Part shown: positions 51,890 to 64,000 of the stretch, piece by piece
Position numbering within the stretch: position 1 is the stretch's first letter
How the letters are laid out: the number at the start of each line of letters is the position of its first letter
Source of the DNA: Trichosphaerium sp. ATCC 40318
Taxonomy: Eukaryota > Protista > Tubulinea
NCBI GenBank assembly: GCA_038496445.1
Contig: JALMLS010000577.1
Coordinates: 744,001-808,000, forward strand
DNA length: 64,000 nt
Direction: 5' to 3'
Translations under genes and position numbers: made by a program
The notes under the pieces: model-generated
The model's input: the letters and a program-made list of their open reading frames with translations, nothing else
Told to the model about the DNA's origin: nothing
The model's database searches: none

Positions 51890-53290
51890 TTATGCTTCTT
51901 CCTTTGGTTGTAGTCTCAAGTTGTTCGTTACACAATGATTTCCTCCATTTGATGTACTGTTGTACCATGTCTTCGCGTGCTTTGGAGGTCTGATAGTTGA
52001 GAAAATCATTCCTTTGAAGTCTGCCAAAAGTGTATGTTCATAACCGCCTATATTTGATGGTAATGGCGTTGCATAGTACAAACGGGATCCCTGTGTGTAT
52101 ACTATTCTATCTGATTGATCTTTCCATGTGTTTGTGCTCTTTATCAGCGCTAGAGACATAAAAATTAAACTACTTTTTTACCTTTAATTTTATCAAAAAG
52201 AGTAAGCTTACGTTCATCCACTAGTCTATATCTCCAATTCCACAACCCATTCTTTATTGGAGCTTGTTTAAAGCGCTTGTTATTTATCGTAACAAAAGAA
52301 GGTACAGGCCTTGGAGTAGGATCATTGCCTAAAAGAATAATAAGCAACTAATTGATGACTTTTGATAACACGTGCCTACAATAGCCTGTGCTAAATACAA
52401 GTGAAGTTTATAGTTAGGGGCGGAACTAACATAACAAAGGTTAGCATGCGAAGCTCAAAAAGTCAATGCCTTACGCAAAATCAAAGTGTCCACCGCCTCT
52501 CATTGACCAATGTGCTTGAGGCCAGAACCCTACTGCAGTGAAATATGGTAATCGCGATACAGCCGTCCAATTCATAAGAGGATCTGAGTGTTTACGGATA
52601 AAATAAACAAAGTATTCACCATCTGGTGATATGTCACAGTAGTCAGGTCTTATTTTACCCTAAAAACATAATCAATTTCGAACAACTGTCAGTTCTGTCA
52701 AGCGTACACTGAACCACTGACCCAAGTGTAAAGTGTCTTTTTTTGTATCCCATTTCACTAAGCGCCAGTGATAGCGAGTTCTTCCGTGGCCTCTAATGAG
52801 AATCGCGGCCTGTCAGGCATAAATGTCAGTATGAGCGAGTTTGTTGATATTCCACGCGGAGCGTCGGGTATGGCGCACGATTGGAGCGTTCTTGGCGAAA
52901 TAAATCCATTGTCTGCAGTCTTTGCCATGAAGATCACCAGGCGTTGTAGCTTCTAACGTTTGATGGTGCAGGAGTTGGTAAACTTCCAAATATACAAATC
53001 CTTTTGTGTTTTTTGTGTAATCCTTTGGGCCTATTAATTACATTGTAACACGCACTAATTAAATGTTGGCACGTACCTGTGTAGATTTCTTGCCAGTTTG
53101 GCCACCTACGTTCTACTTGACGCTTCCATATCGCTTGAGAGCCCATAATATGTATGTAGAAACGCCAACTAACAGTAGAAGCTACAAACAAGGACGCTAG
53201 GTCACATTTTACCAAAACCTTTTCTAAAGCGTCTTCATTCAAGCTGTTTATGATACCCTCCTCTCGTAGGCCAGTGGTAAGGTTTCCCAT
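51890..53290 (-). CDS. F-box protein fused to a bacterial-type uncharacterised beta domain
   Basis: F-box INSLNEDALEKVL...ASTVSWRF. Spliced C-terminal part: FAKNAPIAAILIRG..RLVKWDTKKDTLHLGQWFSGKIRPDYCDISPDGEYFVYF...WTAVSRLPYFTAVGFWP...GGGHF...LLADFKGMIFSTIRPPKHAKTW. Confidence 0.72.
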
Positions 53291-53411
53291 TAATTTAAAC
53301 GCGTTTGTTTTGCTTTAAAAGGAAAGAAATTTCAAATATTTTTACAAAATGATTTAAAAATAAAGTTCGTAAGGTTTTATTTGTGCTGTACAGTAATGGT
53401 TTTATTGTTGT

Positions 53412-54231
53412 TTAAAAGGAGCGCTTATCTTTTGGCTGTGGTACTTGAATAGCATGGTAATGAACTCTCTACAGAAAAACAGTTAACAAACATTTTTAAC
53501 ACATTGATGAAAAAAGCGTTCTATGACTTCTCACCTCGTCATTTTTTAGCGCTGCTATTTTTTCCTTTGCGTCAACTTGGTTGCGGTGCTCTGCACGTAA
53601 TTTAAACAAGTACGTGTGTTCTGTAAACGTCAGTTAGTTTTTTTTCTTTCATAATTGCTATAAAAACGCACCTATGCTCCCTACTTGACCAAGGTTATGA
53701 AATCCCTGTCATTTGTGAGTTAAATGTTCTACTTTACAGAAGTTTTTGTAAACTAACCTTCTCTCTCGCAAATTCATGTGGGTCGGTGTCTGGGTGTAAT
53801 TTAACTGCGTGGTGGGCGTGCAGATCCAATGGTTTGTCGTCATCGTCTTAATTCAACGTCAACAAAGTGGTGTAATTAATATACCACGCACCGGTGAAAA
53901 CAGAGCCGTCGGCGTTACGTTGTACTGGTGGTTCGGCATTTGCGTAGAAATCCTCAGTGGAGCCCTCAGAATATTCTGCAGGTGTGTTTTTGGAGTAGAA
54001 ATCCTCTGCTGACGTATTTTCTTCTTCTTTGTGCTCCGCTGGGGTGTTTGTTGAATAAAAGTCCTCTGCTGACGTGTCGTCATCTTTATATTGTGTGGGC
54101 GTGTTCTGAGCGTAAAAATCCTCAGCTTGATTGGAACCTTTTATTTATCAGTTAAAAGTCACGCTTTATATCGTACATAGCACTACGCTTAAAGCACACA
54201 GTAATAGGAGACTAAATAATGCGCTCGACAT
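53412..54231 (-). CDS. Secreted stand-alone peptidase S8 (furin/kexin) prodomain protein with acidic repeats
   Basis: Signal peptide MSSALFSLLLLCALSVVLC; four (S/T/A)EDFY-type repeats; HAVKLHPDTDPHEFARE|GFHNLGQVGS|..EHTYLFK...RVHYHAIQVPQPKDKRSF then stop. Confidence 0.65.
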
Positions 54232-54359
54232 GATGAAAAGCGGAAAATACAATAATCAAACTTAAAATTGCCTTCCCGTTTAAGTTCGTGAATTGAATCA
54301 CGTGACTCCGCACTTTGTGCAATTGAAAATTGAGAGAAGAAATAATTTACAACACTATA

Positions 54360-56117
54360 TTACATAAGGTTATTTACAGCCAAGTGTAACCATCTACCAG
54401 CAAGCGTTAGCAAGAAAGTGTTAAAAAAACGTAGCTGTACCTTTGCGATGATTTCTTATTTAAGCTATTGAATCGATGCCATTGCCACTTGTATTCAGGA
54501 TATAGGAACTGTAACGCATTTGGATAGTACGATACCATACCTTTTCCTCCATATGCAATCAATTGAGTTGAGGACAATCGATACCTTAAAAAAATCAATA
54601 TCAAAATACCGCTAATAAAACTAACCAGTCTTCAGGTTTTGTAATCGCTGATACTGTTTTAATTGACTCTAAGAACGTCATTTGATTTTCGGTATTTCTC
54701 CAATAGTCATTAGGCAATTTGGTAGGTCTATAATCGAATCTATCAAGCTCCCAATAAAACTTAGGAAACATAGTTAAAAGTGCTTGGCGCATTGATCCAT
54801 GCCTGTTTTTATAAGGTTAATCAAGGCTTTCGGATGTAATGAATGTTTCGACTTACATTTGTAGTATACGATATCCACTATTATCATTAATGTTATTGCG
54901 AGATACTTCATGCCAATCGTCAAGAGACTTAACATTAAGACGTTCAGAAATTGTGTCAAATACTTTTTTTTGATTTTCAACTTTTGTCAAATACCCAGAT
55001 GGTACATTACTGCCTCAAGACTATAAGTAGATGATGGTTTATATATGGTCATACGTTAGAAGCCAAGGTTTCCATACATAATTGGGGTATATTGCTAATA
55101 GAGTACGATAGAGTGAGGCATCATACCTAAAGCATGTCAACAAACCATCATAAAAAGTTAACATACAAAATTAATACTTTTGCTGCGCCTTCGTTCAAAG
55201 ATGTCATTGAGACATTATACCATTCAGACATGGTTTTGACGTTCAAAGATCTTGCTACATCTTCCATTGTACGCTTTTGATTCGAAAGGCTTTGCCAGAA
55301 GCGACTTGGAACAGTACTATGAAGCTATGTAAACGACGGATTGTAATGTAAAGTAGTACCTAAAAAATGCGTGTTCCCACTTGTGATTGGGAAACAAGCA
55401 TCCCAGGGCACGGGATAATGATCCACCGTATCTTGGAGCCAGTTAACCTTTACTAAATAGTGTACAAGGAGCACAGTACGATTGTAAAAAACCTCCACAG
55501 TGGAATGCATAAATGTCTTCTTTGGAATATTGATACCTTGTGGTGTTGTTAATACGTTTACAGAGTTTGAGAGTTCAATACCAATCGTTTAATTGTTTGA
55601 CACCAAGCGCTGATGCAATATCGTTCAAAGCACCTCTTCTATTTTCTTCACTGTCCCAGCACCCATTCGCTATAGTTCTGATATGTTAGCTGTTGATTAG
55701 ACTATTCATGAGCGTACTTGAACTGCCATGGTTTCCAGTTGTGCGTAGGATAGGTATTGGGTAGATAGAGCGAAAGGGAGCCTGATGATTGGCTAAAAAG
55801 GTGTAAGCGCTACATTGACATTTTTTTTTACCCTATCGTCAACGAATCGCGTTGTTCTCGTTGTAGCTTGTCGTTACTAAAGGAATACCACTCATCTAAA
55901 TGACAAATGCGATATTTTGATCCAACACGCTCAAAAAATCCCTTTGCGTATTCAGCTTGCTGCGCAGGGAGATTAGTCTTGAGGTAGAGGATTGTTGTAA
56001 CGTACTTTTATGTACATAAGCACAAGCGCTGTAACTTCATGCCTTTCTTCACAAGTAAGTATTTGAACCAATGAATAAAAACTGTGAAAATAACTGACTT
56101 AGCCTACTAAAATGCAT
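54360..56117 (-). CDS. Trp-rich tandem-repeat protein (FW....Q..F...I....I....DWY...YP...W..W.F repeats); start uncertain
   Basis: At least five repeats, e.g. YWRNTENQMTFLESIKTVSAITKPEDW, FWQSLSNQKRTMEDVARSLNVKTMSEWY, LYPEYKWQWHRF. Confidence 0.65.
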
Positions 56118-56161
56118 TGCAATTTTTTGTGAATACAACGTCATATCAATAAGAATAAGCC

Positions 56162-56255
56162 TGCAAAAGGCACCTCCCACAAGGCCCGTCAAGCGCCAGT
56201 GTGCACTCTCTGGTAAGGTTAACGGGTGTCATGATGACACGTGGTCTGCTATCCA
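56162..56255 (-). ncRNA. Candidate structured small RNA of unknown class
   Basis: GC-rich intergenic island with nested stems CCCGTTAA/TTGACGGG, CCAG/CTGG, GTGTCA/TGACAC and CCAC/GTGG, followed by TTTT. Confidence 0.3.
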
Positions 56256-56367
56256 CAAAAACATGGAATTCAGAATAGAAATTGAAAATTCATTTATTTC
56301 GTTTCTATAAAAAAACTCAACTGTTTAACAACGTCACCATACGTTCGTTAAAGTAAAGACGGCGCTG

Positions 56368-59300
56368 ATGGAACCAAAGGAGACAAATAAGCCAAAAGTA
56401 CATTGACAAAACACAATAACACTTGTAGTAATAGTATAGGTGGTAAAAGTATCCCTTGATGATCTTACATCATCAAATACGACCTCTGACAATAATAACG
56501 CTCAAAAGCCTCACAAAAAACGCTCAAAACGCAGCAGAGGCCAAATGTACGCGCTAGAGACATATAATTTTAAAAACAAATAACTTGCATTGGAATTACG
56601 CTCTAACGCAATTATTTCAGCCAATACACAAAGCCTACGCGACGTAGTAGATCAAGAGGCAGAGGAAGAGCGCGAAGAGGTGGAAGAGGTAAAGGTGGAT
56701 CAAAACGGAAGCAACAGAATCATCCAAAGCAAGAACAAGCCCCAGAGCAGAAAAGAAATACGGCAAAGAAAAATGGGCAAAGAGTCGCACCAAGCCCAAA
56801 AGGCAAAGGGCGGACTAGAAAAGCGCTTTACACCGAATTATTGGATAAAACTACAGCTGAAAAGCTTATTAAGGTGATTTCTCCATAAAAACCTGAGTTT
56901 GGATCTGACATTCGTGTAGGAAGGCAAATTAGTTGTAGCTGACGCTCTACGCATAAATGCTTACAATAGAGAAGAGGCATACGCTACAGTTGAAGGATAC
57001 AAGCAAGATGTATTGATAGAAGGCATGATAGATCAAAACAGAGCCATGGAAGGCGATATGGTTGTACGTTATTTAATACCCCAAAACCTTGTTGCAACAA
57101 AACCCTACCACTTGTTATTGGCCTCCTAGCTGTGTTGCTCCATGTCAAAAAACTAAAACCTCTCAGAGACTTTTTGCTTTGCATTGTACTAGAACCTTTA
57201 CTGATGTTGTGTTTTTTAGGCTATTAAGATGAAACCGAAAGAGGAATGGAAGGTTTTGTCTGCTAAAAAGGTAGACGAAACTAATAATACAGAAGAGCTA
57301 CCTCAACTTGATGCGGCTGCTGAGGAGAAGATGATACAAGCGATGATACGATTAGCAAACGGCAAAAAAGTGTCAGAAGAAGAAGCCGAGAACTCTCCAG
57401 TTTTGGATTCTGATGATACGAGTGATGGCGTAGATGTATCTCACACGGAGGATAAAGGTAAAGAAGAGGTAGAACAAGACGTTGAAGGCAAGGAAAGTGA
57501 AGAAAAAAGAAAAATTGTAGTGAATACAGACGCTGCTAATAGAGTAATCAAAGACGGTATTGATGAGGTGTTACCAGCTTATTCGCCTAAATTACCTATG
57601 CCTAAACGTAAACACAACCCAGAACACTTTGAATTAGAGCAACCAGAACCTATAAGAAGATCTGTAGTGACAAAATCGAATATTACAAGTGCAACTAAAG
57701 AAGATAAAAAACAAGAAAAAAAAGAAGCTGTTGAATTCATAGACGACGAAGAAGATAACTTAAGACCTACAGGAACAGTATGTTATAATTTTGGGTATTC
57801 AAGTATCTAAAATATCATTTTAGGTTGTTGCTATCCTTGAAAGAGCTAACAAGGATCGTGTTTTTGTTGGAAAACTAAAGACTCAAGATAGAAATGGAAA
57901 ACTTCGAGCCAAAGACAAAACAGTTATGTTTTATCCTGAGGACAAGCATCTCCCACGTATGATTGTACAGATTAATGATATTCCTGTTAAGCAAAGAGAT
58001 GCTGAGTTGTTCAAAACTCATATTGTTGCATGCAAGGTAAGGAGATACGCTCAAGTTTTAGTTAGTTATTGCGAAGCAGCAGAATCTCTTCATCTCTAAC
58101 TTTCTTTATTGCGTTTGTTTAATTCATTATTAGTTCTCACACTGGCCTACTGGTCTACGTTTACCATATGCAAAGTTTGAAAGAGTTATTGGGGAAGCTG
58201 GAACTGTAGAAACTGAAACAAAATCATTACTTCAAACAAATAATGTTGATGATAGAGACTTTCATCCAAGCGCAATTGCAGGGATACCTGATAAATGTAC
58301 TATTACAGAAAAGGATCTTAGCGAACGTAGAGACTTGAGAGAATATCGTATATTCACTATTGATCCACCTACAGCCCGAGACTTGGATGACGCTTTATCT
58401 TGCAAAGCGCTTGACAATGGAAACTTTGAGATTGGTGTACACATCGCTGATGTGTCTCATTACGTTCGTGAAGGATCTGAGCTTGATACTATCGCTGCTT
58501 CAAGAAGTACAACAGTATACCTTGTTCAACAAGTTGTACCTATGCTTCCACGCCTTCTGTGTGAGAAGCTATGTAGTTTGAACGAGTTAGTTGATAGATA
58601 CGCTTTCTCTGTCATTTGGGAAATCACACCTGAAGGCGAGATTGTAGAACAGTGGATAGGAAAAACAGGTACGCATTATCACTTTACGAGAACAACATAT
58701 TATTTGTTGTTGTAAGCGAGAAAGAGATTCTTTGGTTGCCCTTTTTCTTTTTTTGGTTTTTTGAAAACGAACTTGTTTGTACTGCTTCTATTTGGTGTTG
58801 AGGCCTTTTTAATGTTTGATTATGATCTAATTTCGATATAGTTATCAATTCTTGTGCTCGTTTGAGTTACAATGACGCACAAAAAGTTATCGATGGTGAA
58901 GAAGATGCAAGACAAGCTATTGAAGCAAAAAAACCTTCGCATCCTGTTGATGATATAATTTCTGATATTAAGACATTACATAAGATTGCAAAACTATTAC
59001 GGTCTAAAAGATTCGATAGTGGAGCTTTAACTTTTAACAGAGTACGTCCAAACAATCCACAAAAAGAAGCCAAAAACATTTATAAGCTTTTCTACTTTTC
59101 TTGCTTTTTTTCTCTTTAACATAACTTCTTGGTGCCTTTTCTTTGATGATGTGTTGTATACTTTTGGGTTTTAACGCTCACATAGTTTAAAATATCTTTC
59201 GAATTAAACGAAGATCAAAAACCTGTTGGCATTAATTTGTACAAAACAAAAACAGCAAATCATCTTGTTGAAGAGTTTATGTTACTTGCAAATGCGCAAG

Positions 59301-60629
59301 TTGCTCAATTTATATCTGAGAAGCTACCACAGCTATCTCTTCTAAGGAGACACCAATCTCCAAAGATTCGTAAATGGAACGAATTCGTATTGGTACACTT
59401 TTTGTTTATTATTGTGTTTACACACTAAAATACAATTTAGTGGGCTAAAGCTATCGGCGTGCACATGCCAGAATTGCCAAAAGCAAAACCTTGGAGAGCA
59501 GCTCTAGAAAAATTAGATGAACGTGTCCGCTGCATTGTCAATGCTGAAGCAGTACGATCAATGCATTCAGCAGAGTACGCCTTAAAAACAAAAATGTCGA
59601 AATAGTTCAAGTTTCTTTGTCTCGTTTAGTTTGCACGTGATCTTCTCACAATATTTTTGTAGATATTTCTGCACCTGTGACTTTTCAGATGAAAAGGAAT
59701 ACTGGCATTACGCTCTGAATATGCCGTTCTACACTCATTTCACTTCTCCTATTCGTAGGTATCCTGATTTGGTAGTTCATAGACTTCTACTTGCCGCTCT
59801 GAGCGGTAAGAGGCCAAGTCTAGATACTACTAGGCTTAAAGCGATAACAAAGCATTCAAATCAGAAGAAGAGTAATGCTAAGCGGGCTTCAGATAGAAGC
59901 GATGAATGTGCGTTCGTAAACTCTTCAGAACTGTTTTTTATTTCATATGCTAATACTTTTCTAGTATTCTTTCATCAGTGGCTTGATGCCCATCCAACAA
60001 GAAGTACTTGTTTGGTAACTGGTATTGGCAAGAAGTCTTTCCGAGGTATATCATTAGAGTTTGGTGAAGAGGCAAAGATTTTCTATGTACGGAGTTTTTT
60101 CTTCTTAACTTGTGTGTAAATAGATTTTGTTATTAATTGCTTTCTTAGGAAGATATTGTTGGTCTCGTAAATCTAAAACCTGAGCTATATATTAAAGATG
60201 GCCTAAAGCACGTTGTTCTAACTTTCGAAGGTCGCGAGGCCATGACATTAGGTACCAGTTTCTAAAGCATAACAATGATATTTATTGGTTTTTTAGCTGC
60301 ACTTCAAGAGTTTGTTGTCGAGTTTAGGTACAACCGAAAAACCATGCAAGTATGCTATGAATTACTACTGCCGCCACTACTTGATAAAACCTTAAAAGAT
60401 CAACCAGAAACAGGTACACAAAGAAAAGAAAAACTCAACCAAATGCTTTGTGTTTCTGTACCCAAACTTGGCTAACAATTTGTCTGTAGCACGTGTTGTG
60501 AGGGGCGGAAATAATGGAGGATCAAATAGAACACCAAGAAAGAAAAAACGACCAGCGGAACCACGGGATCATATTGTAGTGGGATCAAAAGTACCACATA
60601 CTCAGGAACTGGAAGTTCTCAACGACTAA
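56368..60629 (+). CDS. DIS3L2: DIS3-like exonuclease 2 (RNase II/RNB family, no PIN domain)
   Basis: [93 protein letters not shown]. Confidence 0.93.
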
Positions 60630-60742
60630 CCAAAAAAAAAAAACCAACAAAAAAAAAGTAAAAATTGTAATTAAATTAATTGTAATTCATCACAGCTGTA
60701 ATAAAATAACATCATTACTATGAAGCTACCAAAGATTCCATC

Positions 60743-60868
60743 CTTTTATCCGTCATTGAGCTATTGTTGACAAAAATCACTTTGACGGGTACACAAAGTG
60801 AGTGTGGATACATCAACCGTACAAGTGAGAGCTATTAGATCAACCAACTGAGCTAGAACCAAAAGTGA
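60743..60868 (-). mobile_element. tRNA-Lys-derived dispersed element (SINE-like or Pol III ncRNA), copy 2
   Basis: Minus strand TCACTTTTGGTTCTAGCTCAGTTGGTTGATCTAATAGCTCTCACTTGTACGGTTGATGTATCCACACTC...GTCAACAATAGCTCAATGA matches 28717-28856. Confidence 0.65.
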
Positions 60869-61310
60869 CAGGATAGAGCTATTGTTGTTTCTGCTGAGAA
60901 CATCACTGCATTTTCTGATGTAACGAATAGCTTTGTCATTGGCGGTAAATAAACATCAATAAACCGGTGCATTACAAAAGATCCGCGCAAATTTTACGTT
61001 GCAGTATTGGAAATAGTTTGAACTTTCAGAATAAGAGAAACTTATCCATTTTGGGATTCTGAGTTAAAACTAGGTTCCGAACTCCGAAAACCGAAATCTA
61101 AACAAACTTAATAGTCTAAAATACCTCAAGCCATACTAAGTTTAGTCAGAAAAACCAAAAAGGTTGCGCGTTGGTTCAAAACAAACTATTTTCAGAAAAA
61201 AACACAATTTCTATTCCACTTGATCAACAATCACAAGCTCGTCTTTGATACCTTAGAGTGGTTTTCGTACATTATGAACTAATTTGACACAGTTTCAAAA
61301 AATTGTCACA

Positions 61311-62590
61311 ATGATTAAAGCACTTGCCTATCTATTAACTCTGTTCACTATAGCACAATCAGTTAGTACGTATACAACTTTATCCAAGCTCTTGAGAACC
61401 TCAAAAGCGACAGCATATTAAAAGGAAAATAAACGCGTTAAACCGCTGTCTAGACGTAGGGGATGGTGGTTCCTGTTCTCTTGTATTTATCCGAGGTGAT
61501 GTAGACATTCTAGGAACCTTTCCCGATTTTACAGTGAACGATACAGCCATTGAATACGAACCCAACCTCGCAGCATCTGTACAATACACGTACGTACAAG
61601 ATTGAAGTATATAGATTAATTTATACTTGCGATAGCTTAAACATTGACTCAACGGGCTTTACGTTCATAATGAATGTATCACTAGCTTTGTACAGTCCTA
61701 ACAGTCCACTAGTAATGATCTGTACTATGGACCAACCTGTTGTAACAGGTACAAATAGAAACAGCTGTTTTCATTCAATATTATGGTACTCCTAACCATT
61801 TTGCAAGGGTTTTATCTTCTATCGTCAGAAGTCACAATATCGAACGTGTTATTCACTGCTTCAACATTCAGGTTAACCATTTTACTATATTTGTTACTAA
61901 CTATTCTCATCAAGATTCACATACCCCATCCAAACGACACTCATGGGTGTATACACCAATGAGTTTCTATACACAATACCTCCACCCCCAACAACACAAG
62001 CACCCACAACACTTCCACCACCAACAACTCTACCACCAACTACTTTACCACCAACAACACTACCTCCAACAACGCTATCTCCAACGACGCTACCGCCTAC
62101 TACGCTACCCCCTACCACCCAAACTCCAACAACACAACCTCCAACAACCTTGCCACCAACAACACTATCACCGACTACACCACCACCAACCACACTGCCA
62201 CCAACCACACTGTCGCCAACCACACTGCCGCCAACTACACTGTCACCAACCACATTGCCGCCAACTACACTGTCTCCAACCACACAGTCGCCAACCACAC
62301 TGCCGCCAACTGCACTGCCTCCAACCACACTACCTCCACCAACCACATCAACCCCTACAACTCAAACAACTACACAATCTCCAACACCTCATCCTACAAC
62401 AGCAACACCAGCAAGTTCTCCTCCGGCACTAGTTACTGCAGCTCCAACAACTGCTCCGCTAACCAACACAACAGAACCACCAACACAAGAACCAACTTTA
62501 TCAGCATCACTAAACTCTTCTGCAAAACAATTCACTTTTGCACAACTTCAATTTGTAATTATTTCGCTTGTACTAGTATGTAGCGCATGA
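61311..62590 (+). CDS. Secreted, probably GPI-anchored mucin-like protein with (TTLPP/TTLSP)n stalk
   Basis: Signal peptide MIKALAYLLTLFTIAQS; spliced N-terminal exons; 15-bp coding repeat at about 61980-62340; hydrophobic C-terminus FVIISLVLVCSA with no cytosolic tail. Confidence 0.75.
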
Positions 62591-63198
62591 GTATCAAACA
62601 CATGAGACAATAAAGCAAAAATATTTAAACTAAACCAATGATGGTCAAAAGTGAATTCAAATCAATCAGATTTCAAAATGTTGTGATTGATACCGAATTT
62701 GAGATTGATTGATAGAATATTTATAATTTGGTGCTATACCACTGCCGTTCTTGAAATCACGTTAATAGCATGTAGGGGGTACACAAGCAATTTTTCAAAA
62801 CCCACATTTTTTTTGTTGTCCAGTTGTTGGTGTTTAAAACATTTCGATATTTCTATCAATAAATGAAAGGATTTGTGAAACGTTCTAGAGACTGGTTGTC
62901 TGGAAACATTATGGAGTCCAATCACAGAGTATTGGAGTATCCAAGACTTCTTCAACCCTGCGTTTCCAAAACCGAACAGAAGTGTTGTTCCTCGCTTTGG
63001 TACTCTAAAAGTGGTTGTTGCAATATCGCTCTGTGGTGGGTCTTAAAACATCCTCCAGTTGTAACAATTTCATTACGAACCAGCAACGACACTTCGATGT
63101 CCTAATTTTTTGTTCTCACATACCTTTCAGGAGTGACATATTTAATGTGTAACATTCAATCAAGTCTTAGTTCACAAAACATTTTAATCACAGTTTTT

Positions 63199-64000
63199 TT
63201 ATTTGTTGGAATTCTGGTACATTTGTGGTGTTATCAAGCCGTTTTCTTTGCCTGAAAAGTAACTGGCTAAAGCGCTACTATAATCCCACCTATTATCAGA
63301 AAGACATCCTTGAGCATACTGCATTTTTAAACCTGTCATAAAACATAGTTTTCTGACCATTGCTTCTTTATCGTTCTAATAAATGGAATTATGGCTTTGT
63401 ATGATAATGGTTTTAATTATTTTGAATCAAAAGCGATAAAAAACATGTAGTGTTACAGGTTTAGAGTACTTTGAGGCTTGTACGATAATACATTGGACAA
63501 ATCAAACTTGGAAACACAAAAAAAAAACAATTTGAAGGAAAGAAAGTTTGGCCATTTTTTTGTCATGTGGGTTCTAACAACGCACTGATAAAAATTACAC
63601 TAAATAAACAGATTTCTTTTTGGCAGTAAATAAAAATCCGATGTCAAATACTTACTTGTTGAGGCATGCGTAGACCAAGACCAACAACTGGTTTTTGTGG
63701 CTGCTGTTGTTGATTTGCAAAACCGCTTGTACTAAGTTGATTTGAGAAACCACTACTGCTTAGTATTGGTTGTGATTGTGGCCCGGTAGTAGCTTTTGGC
63801 AAAGGTCCTGGGAAGAGTCAGTAAAAAACGAAAGATGATTTAAAAAGTTTTTTTTGTTTGAATTTTTTTTAATCACCTGAGTAGTCTCTTATTGTTAATT
63901 GATCATTTATAATACTAACAGACCATCCAGATTGTGAAGAACGGCTTCCAGATAAGCATGGCTCGAGTATCAATGTTCTATGAAAACTTCTATTTATACC
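63199..64000 (-). CDS. NXF1: mRNA export factor NXF1/Mex67, 3' part (end of NTF2-like domain plus TAP-C/UBA)
   Basis: SFHRTLILEP...VSIINDQLTIRDYS (NTF2-like) and EAMVRKLCFMTGLKMQYAQGCLSDNRWDYSSALASY...GLITPQMY (TAP-C). Confidence 0.85.

Noticed and set aside
53920-54125. Regularly spaced AAATCCTC(T)GCTGA repeats resembling a CRISPR array
   Set aside because: They are coding repeats (SAEDFY) in a eukaryotic gene; the spacers are related to each other and there are no cas genes.
56185-56245. TPP riboswitch or C/D snoRNA reading of the structured island
   Set aside because: It lacks the TPP UGAGA motif and correct helix order; ATGATGA has no downstream CTGA D box.
61897-62432. VVGGS-repeat and His/Gln-rich ORFs
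   Set aside because: Shadow frames of the TTLPP repeat.

Overview
AT-rich, compact eukaryotic genomic DNA with many short spliceosomal introns (mostly 35-130 nt; GTACGT/GTAAGT donors, YTAAC/YTGAC/CTCAC branch sites, TAG/CAG/AAG acceptors) and the standard genetic code. It is probably an amoebozoan protist, inferred from a Shk-type TKL kinase-SH2 gene. About 28 protein genes can be reconstructed by hand; coordinates are gene spans including introns. They include a mitochondrial-type J-domain protein, a METTL21-like methyltransferase, a divergent RPL12, a cytochrome P450, a Notum/pectin acetylesterase, an RGS protein, a Shk kinase, DIS3L2, the 3' end of NXF1/Mex67, mucin-like surface proteins and several F-box/BTB adaptors. 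There are three tRNA genes. The strongest candidate for an undescribed system is built on tRNA-Lys(CTT): two identical genes with an initiator-like A54/A60 T-loop sit in an inverted duplication, and two dispersed elements align without gaps to that tRNA and share their own diagnostic changes (a SINE-like or Pol III ncRNA family). Also notable are a 128-bp foldback hairpin next to an intronless giant-virus-like MORN gene, and four unusual protein architectures: F-box-DEP-FSP1/AMID oxidoreductase (with an intronic tRNA-Ile), YqcI/YcgG-like heme domain fused to CAP-C, F-box fused to a bacterial-type domain, and a stand-alone secreted furin/kexin prodomain. All family calls come from motif recognition by eye; no database search was run.
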